Below, piece by piece: positions 37,498 to 47,357 of a DNA stretch of 64,000 nt. The notes beneath the pieces are model-generated. The model had not been told where the DNA came from. It ran no database searches and saw nothing but the letters and a program-made list of their open reading frames with translations. Source of the stretch: Candidatus Sericytochromatia bacterium. Lineage in GTDB: Bacteria > Cyanobacteriota > Sericytochromatia > S15B-MN24 > UBA4093. Location: contig JAKFCT010000010.1 of NCBI GenBank assembly GCA_036676495.1, forward strand, positions 1 to 64,000. The letters run 5' to 3'. Position numbers and translations under genes: made by a program. Position 1 is the stretch's first letter; every line of letters begins with the position of its first letter.

Positions 37498-38628
37498 ATG
37501 AAGGTCGCCGTCTACCATGGACCGGGCCAGGTGAGGCTCGAAGAGCACCCCCGTCCCGAGATCCAGCACCCCGAGGACGTGATCGTCGAGGTCCGGGTCT
37601 CCACCCTCTGCGGGACCGATCTCCACCCCTTCCGGGGGCGCCAGGAAAAGCCGGAGGGCTATCGGATCGGCCACGAATGCGTCGGCATCATCGACGAGGC
37701 CGGAGTGGGCGCCGGGGGCTTCCGTCCCGGAGACCGGGTGCTCATTCCGGCGACCCTTTGCTGCGGCTTCTGCCGCTTCTGCTCGGCGGGACTGACCGCC
37801 CAATGCGTCTCCCCGGAATCGGGCACCCTGCAAGGAGCCCAGGGGGAGGTCGTGCGGGTGCCTTACGCGCCGGCCAACCTGATCCGGATCCCGGACGCCG
37901 TCTCCGACGAGGCGGCGTTGACCCTGACGGATATCTTCCCCACCGGGGACTTCGCGGCCCAGCTCGGGGGAGTCGGGCCGGGGGATTCGGTGGCGGTCTT
38001 CGGGGCGGGTCCCGTCGGGCTCATGGCCATGGTGAGCGCCCGCATGCGGGGAGCCGTGCGGATCTATGCCATCGACCACGTCCCCGATCGGCTGGAGGCG
38101 GCGGCCGAAGAAGGCTTCATCCCGATCAACTTCCAGAACGTGGATCCGGTCTGCGCGCTCACGGAGCGCATGAACGGGCAAGGGGTGGACATCAGTCTCG
38201 AGGCGGTGGGGCAGGACGCGGTCGATCGCCAGGGCTGGCTACAGGCCTCCCAGACCCTGGAATGGGCGGCGGCCGTGACGCGGCCATGCGGGACGATCGC
38301 CGTCGTCGGGGACTTCACCACGCCCGCGGCGGGCGTTCCGCTCCACGTGCTCTTCCATAAGAACCTGGCCCTCAAATCCGGCATCGCGCATCATCGGACG
38401 CTGATTCCTCCGCTGCTGGAGGCCGTGCGTCGCGGTCAGGTCGATCCGACCTTCGTCTTCGACGCGCAGTTCGACCTGGCGGAAATTGCCGAGCTCTACC
38501 CGCGTTTCGAGCGGCAAGGCTTCCTGAAGGCCCTGATCTGGACGAAGGCGGGGCGGCGCGCGCTCGCGCAACGCGGAGTCCGCCAAGTGCGCGTCACGCC
38601 TCCGCGCCCGGCGGCGGCGAAAAAGTGA
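37498..38628 (+). CDS. Zinc-dependent alcohol dehydrogenase (MDR family)
   Basis: CGTDLH, GHE, CGFCRFC..C, DIFPTG, GAGPVG. Confidence 0.92.
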   Translation: MKVAVYHGPGQVRLEEHPRPEIQHPEDVIVEVRVSTLCGTDLHPFRGRQEKPEGYRIGHECVGIIDEAGVGAGGFRPGDRVLIPATLCCGFCRFCSAGLTAQCVSPESGTLQGAQGEVVRVPYAPANLIRIPDAVSDEAALTLTDIFPTGDFAAQLGGVGPGDSVAVFGAGPVGLMAMVSARMRGAVRIYAIDHVPDRLEAAAEEGFIPINFQNVDPVCALTERMNGQGVDISLEAVGQDAVDRQGWLQASQTLEWAAAVTRPCGTIAVVGDFTTPAAGVPLHVLFHKNLALKSGIAHHRTLIPPLLEAVRRGQVDPTFVFDAQFDLAEIAELYPRFERQGFLKALIWTKAGRRALAQRGVRQVRVTPPRPAAAKK

Positions 38629-39316
38629 CCGGGCCCGGCTGGCAGCCTCGCTCCGGGACCGGAAGCCGGCGCCAGCGCTCCAGCAAGGTCTCCATGGCCT
38701 GGCAGGGGGCACAGGCTTTGCCGCATTCGCTCTGGGCGAAGACCAGGAAACTGAGCGCTCTCCCCGCGTAGGTCTCGCCCACCCGCTCCAGGAAGTAGTC
38801 CCAGTCGAAGTCCACCAGGCTCGGGCAGACGATGGAGAGGGCGTCGAACCAGTCCTTCGGCGTATCCTCCCTGAAGGAGAGGATCTTGCGGAAGAGCAGA
38901 TCCTCCGGCCCCAGGACCGGCAGCAGGTAATGGTCGAGCGCGAAGGTGCGCGACCGGCGGAAGGTCTCCTCGTCGAGGCGGATGTTGCCGGTGGTGTAGA
39001 CGATGAGATCGATGAGCACGTCCTGCTTCATGGCCTTGTAGAGCCATCCGGCGTCCGTGTCGCGCGTGTGGAAGCCGTGACGCGCCAGGACGTTCATGGC
39101 GTCCTCGGGAAACTGAGAGGGCAGGAAGAGGTCCATGTCCTTGGTGCAGCGGCGGCGGCCGTAGGCCCAGAGCGCAATGCCGCCTCCGATCAGGCACGGG
39201 ATCCCGGCCTCCTGGAGCAGCGTGCGCGCCTCCTCTCCTATCGCCAGGATGCGTTCGGTTCCGGGGCACGGCGGGAGTTGCGTCGCCGGCGCCGGGGGCA
39301 ATAGTTTCCGCTCCAT
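38594..39316 (-). CDS. Nucleotidyltransferase family protein (pol-beta fold)
   Basis: GGIALWAYG..R.TKDMDL, IDLI, PEDLLFRK. Confidence 0.8.
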   Translation of the reverse strand: MERKLLPPAPATQLPPCPGTERILAIGEEARTLLQEAGIPCLIGGGIALWAYGRRRCTKDMDLFLPSQFPEDAMNVLARHGFHTRDTDAGWLYKAMKQDVLIDLIVYTTGNIRLDEETFRRSRTFALDHYLLPVLGPEDLLFRKILSFREDTPKDWFDALSIVCPSLVDFDWDYFLERVGETYAGRALSFLVFAQSECGKACAPCQAMETLLERWRRLPVPERGCQPGPVTFSPPPGAEA

Positions 39317-39394
39317 CCCGCACCTCCGATTGCTCCGGGATCGCCGGCGCCATTGTGGCGGAAGGAGGCCCGCTCCGCAAGGCTTCCTTTGCCG

Positions 39395-42103
39395 TCAACG
39401 CGTCCGCGTCATGCGATCCCGGAGAGCGGCACGCCCGTATTTGCGCCCTTCCAGGAGGAGCAGGAGGGACGAGGCCACCAGAAACGTCGCTCCGAGTTCG
39501 CGGGCGGACAGGGGAACGGTGTGGAAGACCGCTTGCAGGACGGGGAGGTAAATGACCCCCAGGTGCAGGACGACGCTGATCGAGAGGCTGAGGAACATCC
39601 AGGGGTTCATGGGGAGCCGGAGCATCGGGGTCGTCAGGGAGCGCAGGCTGAAGGCGCTGAACCACTGGAAGAAGGCCAGGGTGGAGAAGGCCAGGGTCTG
39701 CGCCTTTTCCAGCGGCGCACCGGTGTCGAGCGCGTTCAGGAAGACCAGCATGGTGCCGAGGGTCATCACGGGCGCGACGGCCAGGACGGGCGCGACCACG
39801 TCCCGGGACAGCAGCGGAGCCTTCGCGGGACGGGGGGCGCGGCGCATGAGGTCGGATTCCGCCGGCTCCATGGCGAGCGACTTGTCGAAGGATCCGTCGG
39901 TGATGACGTTGAGCCAGATGATCTGGATGGGAACCAGCGGCAAGGGAGTGCCGAGCACGATCGCGGCGGTGAAGGTCATGGCCTCTCCGGTGCTGGTCGC
40001 GAAGAGGTAGCGCAGGACTTTTCGCAAGTTCTCGCCGATCCGGCGGCCCTCGGCGACGGCGGCCACGATGGTGGCGAAATTGTCGTCGGCGAGCACCATG
40101 TCGGAGGCTTCCTTGGCGACCTCGGTGCCGGTCAGGCCCATGGAGATGCCGACGTCGGCGCGGGCGAGGGCCGGGGCATCGTTGACGCCGTCGCCGGTCA
40201 TGGCCACGATGTTGCCGCGCTCCTGCAGGCCGCTCACGATCCGGAGCTTGTGCTCGGGCTCCACCCGGGCATAGACGGCGATGCGAGGAGCGCGCTCGCG
40301 CACGGCCGCGTCCCCGAGGCGTTCGAGCTCGGCTCCGCTGAGGACCTCCAGCCCCGGGGCCATGAGGCCCATCTCGCGGGCGATCGCCACGGCCGTAGCC
40401 CGATGGTCCCCGGTGATCATGGCGACCTGGATGCCGGCCTCGTGGCAGGTGCGGATGGCGGCGATCGCCTCGGGGCGCGGCGGGTCGATCATTCCGGTGA
40501 CTCCCAAGTAGATCAAGCGGCCGTCGAGGCGGGGAGGCTCGAAGTCCCGGGACGAATCGCGCTCCGGCACGAAGGCGAAAGCCAGGATGCGCAGGGCCCG
40601 CGACGCCATGGCTTCGGCCGCCTGGATGACGGCCTCACGCTCCTCCGGCCCCAGGGGCCGTACCCGCCCGTCCAGATCCAGCCAGTGCTGCGCCATCGGC
40701 AGAATTCGCTCGAGCGCCCCCTTGGCGTACGTCACGACCTGGCCGTCCGGCAAGCGGTTGAGAGTCGCCATCCAGCGGCGCTCCGAGCTGAAGCTGATCT
40801 CCGCGATCCGATCGGCCTCCGCGGTGACACCGCCCTTGGCGGCCAGGGTCAAGAGCGCTCCCTCGGTCGGATCTCCCAGGACCTCCCAGGCGCCCTCCCG
40901 CTCGCGCAGATCGGCATCGTTGCAATAGCGAGCTGCCTCCAGCAGGCGGCGCAGGCCCCGATCCGCTCGTGCCGCCCCTCCGGCTTCGGGGCGGATCTCG
41001 CCTTCCGGGCAATACCCCTCACCCGTCACGGAGTAGGCCCGCCCCGGCATGGAGACCCTCCGCACGGTCATCATGTTGCGCGTCAAGGTGCCCGTCTTGT
41101 CGGTGCAGATGACCGTGATGGCCCCCAGGGCCTCGATCGCCGGCAAGTTGCGAATCAAGGCGTTGCGCCGGGCCATTCTCCAGACACCCACGGCCAGCAG
41201 GAGCGTGACCACCAGCGGCAGGCCCTCGGGAATGGCCGAGGCCGCCATTCCCAGGCCGAAGTGGAAGATATCGAGGAAGGCGATCCCGCGGGCCACTCCG
41301 ACGGCGATCACCGTGGCCACCAGGACGATCACGAGGATTCCCAGGCGGTGGCTGAGGGTCTCCATCTTGCGGCGCAGCGGATCCATCGTGGGGGAGGAGA
41401 GCTCGCCCGCGATCTTCCCCATCTCGGTGGCCATGCCGGTGGCGACGACCACGGCGAGCCCGCGCCCGCGGGTCACGCTGGTGTTCAGGAAGGCCATGTT
41501 ACGGCGATCCGCCAGGGGCAAGGCCGCCTCCGGGATCGGCTCGCGATGCTTGAGGCTGGGTACCGATTCCCCGGTCAAGGTGGATTCGTCGATCTCGAGC
41601 TCGCTGGCATGCAGGATCCGGGCATCGGCCGCCGTCCGATCCCCCGCGCTCAGCCTCAGCAGGTCGCCGGGAACCACCTCGCGGGCCGGGATCTCGATCT
41701 CCTCGCCGTCACGCAGGACCGTGGCGCGCGGGCTCGTCATCTTCGCGAGCGCCAAGATCGCCTGCTGGGAGCGGAACTCCTGGAGAAAGCCGATGCCGGA
41801 GTTGATCAGGACGATCCCCAAGATGACCGCGGCGTCCACGGCTTCTCCGAGGAGCAGCGAGACCAAGGCCACCACGACGAGCACCGTGATGATCGGGCTC
41901 TTGAACTGCCTGAGGAAGATGACCATGGGCGGGGGCGGCGGGGCTACCTGCAGCAGGTTGGCTCCGAACGCCTCGAGCCGGCCCGCGGCTTCGCCGAGGG
42001 AGAGCCCCTGAGGCGGGGTGCCCAGTGCCTCCGTGATCCGCTCGCCCGGAAGGGTATGCCAGGCCTGCACGGAAACTCCGGCGGCGGTCTTGGTCCTTTC
42101 CAT
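39395..42103 (-). CDS. Type II cation-transporting P-type ATPase
   Basis: TGES, IPEGL, DKTGTLT, KGA, TGD, GDGVNDAP. Confidence 0.95.
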   Translation of the reverse strand: MERTKTAAGVSVQAWHTLPGERITEALGTPPQGLSLGEAAGRLEAFGANLLQVAPPPPPMVIFLRQFKSPIITVLVVVALVSLLLGEAVDAAVILGIVLINSGIGFLQEFRSQQAILALAKMTSPRATVLRDGEEIEIPAREVVPGDLLRLSAGDRTAADARILHASELEIDESTLTGESVPSLKHREPIPEAALPLADRRNMAFLNTSVTRGRGLAVVVATGMATEMGKIAGELSSPTMDPLRRKMETLSHRLGILVIVLVATVIAVGVARGIAFLDIFHFGLGMAASAIPEGLPLVVTLLLAVGVWRMARRNALIRNLPAIEALGAITVICTDKTGTLTRNMMTVRRVSMPGRAYSVTGEGYCPEGEIRPEAGGAARADRGLRRLLEAARYCNDADLREREGAWEVLGDPTEGALLTLAAKGGVTAEADRIAEISFSSERRWMATLNRLPDGQVVTYAKGALERILPMAQHWLDLDGRVRPLGPEEREAVIQAAEAMASRALRILAFAFVPERDSSRDFEPPRLDGRLIYLGVTGMIDPPRPEAIAAIRTCHEAGIQVAMITGDHRATAVAIAREMGLMAPGLEVLSGAELERLGDAAVRERAPRIAVYARVEPEHKLRIVSGLQERGNIVAMTGDGVNDAPALARADVGISMGLTGTEVAKEASDMVLADDNFATIVAAVAEGRRIGENLRKVLRYLFATSTGEAMTFTAAIVLGTPLPLVPIQIIWLNVITDGSFDKSLAMEPAESDLMRRAPRPAKAPLLSRDVVAPVLAVAPVMTLGTMLVFLNALDTGAPLEKAQTLAFSTLAFFQWFSAFSLRSLTTPMLRLPMNPWMFLSLSISVVLHLGVIYLPVLQAVFHTVPLSARELGATFLVASSLLLLLEGRKYGRAALRDRMTRTR

Positions 42104-42236
42104 GGCGGCAGCCCCCTTCCCATGGCCTCTGCCTCACCATAAGCCCTGATCCGGGGGAAGAAAAGGCGCGCCCGCGCGACGAAACCCGGGCGTCATGGGC
42201 TTGAAGCTCCGCGCGCCGCGTGATACGGTAAAGGCA

Positions 42237-42378
42237 GTCAAAGGGGAGTAGCGACCCGATATGGTGCTCTAGGTCAACATACTAGGCGAAAGCCTTGGCC
42301 TAGAGGGCGAGCAAAGCTCGATTTGCAAGACCTTTGGCGAGCCCGATCCGCATGGATCGGGCTCGCCAAAGGTCTTTT
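42237..42378 (+). promoter_or_regulatory. yybP-ykoY Mn2+ riboswitch with overlapping terminator
   Basis: AAGGGGAGTAGC...GTCAACATACT...GGCC...GCAAGACC consensus; P1 gtcaaagg/cctttggc competes with terminator 42327..42378. Confidence 0.88.
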
Positions 42379-42398
42379 CGCATGAAGAGGAGAAGATT

Positions 42399-42992
42399 TT
42401 GGAAGCCTTACTCAGCTCTGTCACGGTGGTCACGCTCTCGGAAATGGGAGACAAGACCCAGCTCTTGGCCCTCGCCTTGGCCTCGAAGTACCGGCGGCCA
42501 TGGCTGGTCATGGTGGGCATCCTGATCGCCACCCTGCTCAACCATGCGCTCGCGGCAGGCTCGGGAGCCCTCATCGCGGCGTACCTGACCCCGACCGTGC
42601 TGGGCTGGATCCTGGCCATCAGCTTCCTGGCCTTCGCGGTCTGGACGCTGAAACCCGACACGCTCGATTCGAACGAATCGGATCGCGGCTGGGGCCCGCT
42701 GGCCACGACGATCGTCCTTTTCTTCCTGGCCGAGATGGGCGACAAGACCCAGCTCGCGACGGTCGCCTTGGGCGCCAAGTTCGCCGCGACCACCATGGTG
42801 ATTGCGGGGACCACCCTGGGCATGCTGGTCGCCGACGGGATCGCCGTGGCCATCGGAGACAAGCTCGGCGAGCGCGTTCCGCTGGACATCCTGCGCTATG
42901 TGGCGGCCGGTCTCTTCGCCCTGCTGGGCATCCTCACCCTGATCGGCCTGCTCTTCCCGGAACTCGTCCCGGCCCTCGCCCCGGGAGCGTAG
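42399..42992 (+). CDS. UPF0016/TMEM165/GDT1 Mn2+ exporter
   Basis: Two EMGDKTQL motifs; TTG start with GAGGAG RBS. Confidence 0.93.
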   Translation: MEALLSSVTVVTLSEMGDKTQLLALALASKYRRPWLVMVGILIATLLNHALAAGSGALIAAYLTPTVLGWILAISFLAFAVWTLKPDTLDSNESDRGWGPLATTIVLFFLAEMGDKTQLATVALGAKFAATTMVIAGTTLGMLVADGIAVAIGDKLGERVPLDILRYVAAGLFALLGILTLIGLLFPELVPALAPGA

Positions 42993-42998
42993 GTAAGG

Positions 42999-43934
42999 CT
43001 ACGCCAACGTCTCTCGGCCGTGAGGGGCGTCGAAGTCCAGGATCGGCCCCAGGGGGATGATCCGGGTGGGGTTGATCTCGGTGTGGGTGTAGTAGTAATG
43101 GCGCTTGATCTGATCGATCCGGACCGTCTCGGCGATGCCCGGCACCTGATAGAGGTCGCGCAGGTAGCCTGAGAGGTTCGGGTAATCGGCGATCCGGCGG
43201 AGGTTGCACTTGAAGTGGCCGACGTAGACGGCATCGAACCGGATCAAGGTCACGAAGAGGCGCCAGTCGGTCTCGACCGGGTGGTCGGTCACGAGGTAGC
43301 GACGGGTCGAGAGGCGGCTATCCAGCACGTCCAGCGCCTCGAAAAGCTCATTGACCGCCTTCTCGTAGACGGCCTGCGCGGTCGCGAAGCCTGCCTTGTA
43401 GACCCCGTTGTTCACCTTTTGGTAGATCCAGTCGTTCAACTCCTCGATCTCCGCCTGATGCGCGCGGGGATAGAGATCGAGCTTGCGCTCGGCCAAGGCG
43501 AGGAAGTCGGTTTCGAAAATGCGCATGAGGTCATCATCCGAGTTGCTGACGATCCGGCGCTTTTCCTTGTCCCAGAGCACGGGGACGGTGAAACGGCCTT
43601 GGTAGGCGGGGTCGGTGGCATGATAGGCTTGGCTGAGGAAGTCGAAGCCGTTGACGGGATCGCGCGAGAAGCCCTCTCCGTCGCGGAAGGCCCAGCCGCG
43701 GGCGTCTCGGACAGGGTCGACGGCGCTCATGCTGATGACGTCTTCCAGTCCGAGCAAGCGGCGGACGATGATCGTGCGATGGGCCCAGGGGCAGGCCCAT
43801 GAGACGTAGAGGTGGTAGCGTCCCGCCGACACGGGGAAGCCGGTGCGGCCGTCCGCGGAGACCCAGTTCCTGAAGGCGTCTTCTTGCCTGACGAAACGGC
43901 CTTCTTGGGATTGTTCGGATGGAAATTGCGCCAT
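42999..43934 (-). CDS. yqjG: Glutathionyl-hydroquinone reductase (Xi-class GST)
   Basis: RYHLYVSWACPWAHR, TVPVLWD, NNGVYKAGFA, IKRHYY. Confidence 0.92.
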   Translation of the reverse strand: MAQFPSEQSQEGRFVRQEDAFRNWVSADGRTGFPVSAGRYHLYVSWACPWAHRTIIVRRLLGLEDVISMSAVDPVRDARGWAFRDGEGFSRDPVNGFDFLSQAYHATDPAYQGRFTVPVLWDKEKRRIVSNSDDDLMRIFETDFLALAERKLDLYPRAHQAEIEELNDWIYQKVNNGVYKAGFATAQAVYEKAVNELFEALDVLDSRLSTRRYLVTDHPVETDWRLFVTLIRFDAVYVGHFKCNLRRIADYPNLSGYLRDLYQVPGIAETVRIDQIKRHYYYTHTEINPTRIIPLGPILDFDAPHGRETLA

Positions 43935-43983
43935 GGTGCTTCCTCCTTTCCCCCTCTATACCATTCCGGAGGCGGCGCTTCAA

Positions 43984-44047
43984 TCCCGAACGAAACGGCG
44001 CGAAGGCCTCCCCGTCCGGGGAGGCCTTCGCGCCGTTTCGTTCGGGA
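43984..44047. repeat. Perfect 30-bp inverted repeat
   Basis: tcccgaacgaaacggcgcgaaggcctcccc-gtcc-ggggaggccttcgcgccgtttcgttcggga. Confidence 0.9.
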
Positions 44048-44050
44048 GAA

Positions 44051-44647
44051 TCAGGCGGCGGGTTTCTGCGGCGCGGAGCTGTCGTCGGCCGTGGCGGGAC
44101 GGCGCAGGATCTCGCGCTTGAGGCTGGTGAGTTGATCCTTGACCACGCCGTGCATGACCGATCCTCCCCAGATGGGCAGGTAGATCCGGGGCTTGGCACT
44201 GGCCACGTAGTCGACGCGCGTGCCCATCGCGGTGCGTTCGAGGGTCCAAGATCCGATGAAGTGCTCGAAGTCCTGGAGGCCCACGTCGGTGAAGAAGATG
44301 CGGCTCTGCGGAGCGACCTGGAGTTGCAGGAGGACGCGCATGGTCTTGGAGATGGCCATGAAGCGTGCGGAGGACTCCTGGGCGACTAGCATGGTGTCGG
44401 AGGAGACATGCTTGACGACGGAGGACTTGACGGAGGGGACATAGGAACCGAGGTGGTCGTAATCCGTGAGGACCGTCCAGACGGTGGTCGAGCCGGCGGG
44501 GACGGTGAAGCTCCCCCTGACCACGAAGACACCTTTGCCTTCCTCGGCCACCTGGACCTTGATCCCGTCATCGGCAAACGCCGCGGGAGCGGTGGCGATC
44601 CACAATCCCAGGCTCATCCCGATCAGTCGCGACCATGGTCTTTTCAT
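44051..44647 (-). CDS. Secreted SRPBCC/START (polyketide cyclase-like) protein
   Basis: Signal peptide AFA; VWTVLTDYD.L..YVP, F.GSW.L. Confidence 0.85.
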   Translation of the reverse strand: MKRPWSRLIGMSLGLWIATAPAAFADDGIKVQVAEEGKGVFVVRGSFTVPAGSTTVWTVLTDYDHLGSYVPSVKSSVVKHVSSDTMLVAQESSARFMAISKTMRVLLQLQVAPQSRIFFTDVGLQDFEHFIGSWTLERTAMGTRVDYVASAKPRIYLPIWGGSVMHGVVKDQLTSLKREILRRPATADDSSAPQKPAA

Positions 44648-44816
44648 CTTGCGATCCTCGAAACCGTTATCAGGCCCGCGGGGCCCTGCGCTGTCCCATT
44701 CATACCCGAGCGCGACCTGGAAGAAATCGATTGCTTAGCGGCCTTCACGGTGCCGCGGTGGAAAGTACCAGGCCCCTGGCGCCGGGTTGCGGCGCCAGGG
44801 GTGAGGGGACTCTGGA

Positions 44817-46124
44817 CTAGAACTGGTACTGCAGACCCAGGCGACCCTGGATGATGAACTGCTGCTCGAGCGTACCGCCGGCCGTGGCCAGGTAACCGGT
44901 CTGGTCGGGCTGGTTGATCAGGTTGTAGTCGCCGATGCCGGGCTCGGTGACGACCGGAGCATTGAGCTGGATGGGCAGGTCCGCAATCAGCTTGAGGTTA
45001 TGGCCGTTGATGAGCCAGGTGATGGCGGGCGCGATCTCGTGGATGGGCTTGAGATCCTTGCCGAAGTTGACCGTCTTGTTCTTGTTGGTGGCCTTGTCGA
45101 CACCCGAGACGGCGAAGTTCGGATCCGGCATGAGGACCGAGTAACGCAGGCCGAGCTGGACGGGGTTCAGGTCGTAGGTGGCCTGGGCCCGGGCGCCAGA
45201 GAACTTGACGTTGCCCTTGTCGGTCGAGAACTGGTTGGTCATGACTTCCGCTTCGGCGGCGACGGGGCCGTTCTTCACGGAGTAGTCCACGCCCGCGGCC
45301 CAGTACTCGGCGTCACTCTTGATGCCGGCGAGCAGGGGGTTCCAGCTGGCGTTGAAGAGCAGCGAGGAGTCGAGCTTGCGCTGGGCCATGGTGCTGCCAT
45401 GTCCGACCAGGGTGTTCTTGGTGTAGATACCGTTGACGTAGAGGCCCTGCTTGAGGTCGCCGCCGTCGGAACCCTGGGTCAGCAGGGGTTCGGGAAGCGA
45501 GTAGAGGTCCTGGCCGATCTCGCCGACACCGACACGGGCCACCAACATGGGGATGCCCATCTTGACGGGGATGTAGCGCTCGGGGATGTCGCGACCACCG
45601 CCGGCGAAGACGCCCAGGACGGTGTTGACGCCGCCGAAGCTGTTCTGGTAGCCGAGACCGTAGTCGCGGCCCATCTGGAAGCCCATCGACAGAAGCGAGC
45701 GCTTGTTGAAGACCATGTTGCCGCCGTCAGTGAGCTCTTCGAGGCCGAACGGAACCTTGAACTGACCGGCCAGGATCTTACCGTAGGGGGTCGAGACCCG
45801 GGTGTACATGTCGAGCAGCGTCTGGTTGTTGTTGCTGCTGTAGAGGTCCTCACCGCCCAGCGCGAGCTGGGAGTAGAAGAGGTGCTCGCCCTGCTTGGCC
45901 GAGAACTCGAGGCGCGAGTTCTTCTGGAAGAGGTAAATCTTGTACTTGTCGCGGATCTGGTCGTTGCTGATTTCGCCATGACCCATCAGGTTCACGCGAC
46001 CGCCGACACCGATCTCGACATCACCGACCTTGGAGACGGTGGTGATCGCGTCGCTCGGGGCGCTCATCCCGACCAGGACGACGGCCGACAACAAACTTCC
46101 CCACGCAAATGTCTTCGAACTCAT
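44817..46124 (-). CDS. Outer-membrane porin (OprO/OprP-like)
   Basis: Signal peptide, GQFKVPFGLEEL, GRDYG, terminal LQYQF. Confidence 0.75.
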   Translation of the reverse strand: MSSKTFAWGSLLSAVVLVGMSAPSDAITTVSKVGDVEIGVGGRVNLMGHGEISNDQIRDKYKIYLFQKNSRLEFSAKQGEHLFYSQLALGGEDLYSSNNNQTLLDMYTRVSTPYGKILAGQFKVPFGLEELTDGGNMVFNKRSLLSMGFQMGRDYGLGYQNSFGGVNTVLGVFAGGGRDIPERYIPVKMGIPMLVARVGVGEIGQDLYSLPEPLLTQGSDGGDLKQGLYVNGIYTKNTLVGHGSTMAQRKLDSSLLFNASWNPLLAGIKSDAEYWAAGVDYSVKNGPVAAEAEVMTNQFSTDKGNVKFSGARAQATYDLNPVQLGLRYSVLMPDPNFAVSGVDKATNKNKTVNFGKDLKPIHEIAPAITWLINGHNLKLIADLPIQLNAPVVTEPGIGDYNLINQPDQTGYLATAGGTLEQQFIIQGRLGLQYQF

Positions 46125-46468
46125 TGGCTTCTTCCTTCCCGTAGATGGCTTTGTCTGGGGCTGTCTTTGCTGCCCCCTCAGCCAGGATTATCAAGTCCGA
46201 AACGGCTTGCTCCTACCGTATTTTCCCCTGAAGATCGGCTGAATCAATCTAACAGAGGCAAAAGCCGGTAGTTTTCACCGAACGGTAAGTAAAGAAATGC
46301 CTTAAGCAACCGATAATTTCAAGAGACCTAATGAAAAGCCCGTTTTTTTATGTCGAAAACTATTCCGCAAAAATCCCGGATGGCGATAACGCGAAAGTAG
46401 TCGAAGATGATCTCGGAAGCCGAAGCAAAGGCAAGCCAAGGATTACAACGGCAAGGGAGAATAAGCGC

Positions 46469-47062
46469 ATGTTTGCAAGCAAGAAGATGATCGCAGGTCT
46501 CGTGATGATGGGAACGCTGGTGGGACTCAGCCCCGCAGCCCTGGCCGCCGGGGTGGAGTTCCAGCCCTCGAGCAAGATCTATTTCGAGGGAGACTCGACG
46601 CTCCACGCTTACAAGGCCACGTCGAAGACCTGGCAAATCAAGGCGACCGTGACGCCCGGCAAAGACGTCAAGATCGGCGACATCACCGAGCTGGAAGTCG
46701 TGATCCCCGCCAAGAGCCTGAAGTCGGGTGACGGCGCGTTGGACAACAACATGTACGGCGCCATGAATGCCGACAAGCACCCCAACATCAAGTTCGTCAT
46801 GAGCAACGCCAAGGTGACCACGACGAGCGGCGGGGACATCGAGGTGACGGCCGACGGCACCCTGACCATCAACGGCCAGGAGCGCTCGACCAAGCTCACC
46901 GCCAAGGGCGAGCTGGAGGGCAACACCCTCAAGATCAAGGGCAGCAAGGAAATGAAGATGAGCGACTTCGGCGTCAAGCCTCCCGTGCTGATGTTCGGCG
47001 CCATCAAGGTCACCGACAAGATCACCGTGAAGTACGACCTGGTCGGGAAGGTCACCGACTAA
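46469..47062 (+). CDS. YceI-family lipid/polyisoprenoid-binding protein
   Basis: Signal peptide; SLKSG...D, HPNIKF, GTLTING, MSDFGVKPP. Confidence 0.9.
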   Translation: MFASKKMIAGLVMMGTLVGLSPAALAAGVEFQPSSKIYFEGDSTLHAYKATSKTWQIKATVTPGKDVKIGDITELEVVIPAKSLKSGDGALDNNMYGAMNADKHPNIKFVMSNAKVTTTSGGDIEVTADGTLTINGQERSTKLTAKGELEGNTLKIKGSKEMKMSDFGVKPPVLMFGAIKVTDKITVKYDLVGKVTD

Positions 47063-47087
47063 TCCCCTCAAATCCCTTCCTTGCCGC

Positions 47088-47118
47088 GAGGCCCCGCCTG
47101 GATTTCAGGCGGGGCCTC
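47088..47118 (+). terminator. Hairpin after yceI-like gene
   Basis: gaggccccgcctg-gattt-caggcggggcctc. Confidence 0.6.
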
Positions 47119-47357
47119 TGGGCATCCGGCGACGGTGCCGCGTCCCGGAATCGAGGTTTGCTTGAGGATTTCATGTCGGGGGCTTCGGTGCTATTCTTGG
47201 AGCGACTCAACGCGCTGAGGGAAACGGGTCTCGCATCGTCGGCGCCGCAGAGCCTCTTGAACGGCCTCGCGGCCTGAAATCGGGCTCGTCCCCTCGGTTG
47301 AGCGGGGTCTGCGTGTTGGGGCGCGGGCCCGTTGTCGATCATTAGGAGTTGGACCGC

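Noticed and set aside
38594-39316. CBASS cyclase or MNT-HEPN/AbiE toxin-antitoxin
   Set aside because: No adjacent effector, HEPN or antitoxin gene.
39353-42142. 929-aa plus-strand ORF and similar long antisense ORFs (19585..21489, 33998..36070, 47602..49434)
   Set aside because: High-GC shadow frames opposite well-supported genes, with no motifs.
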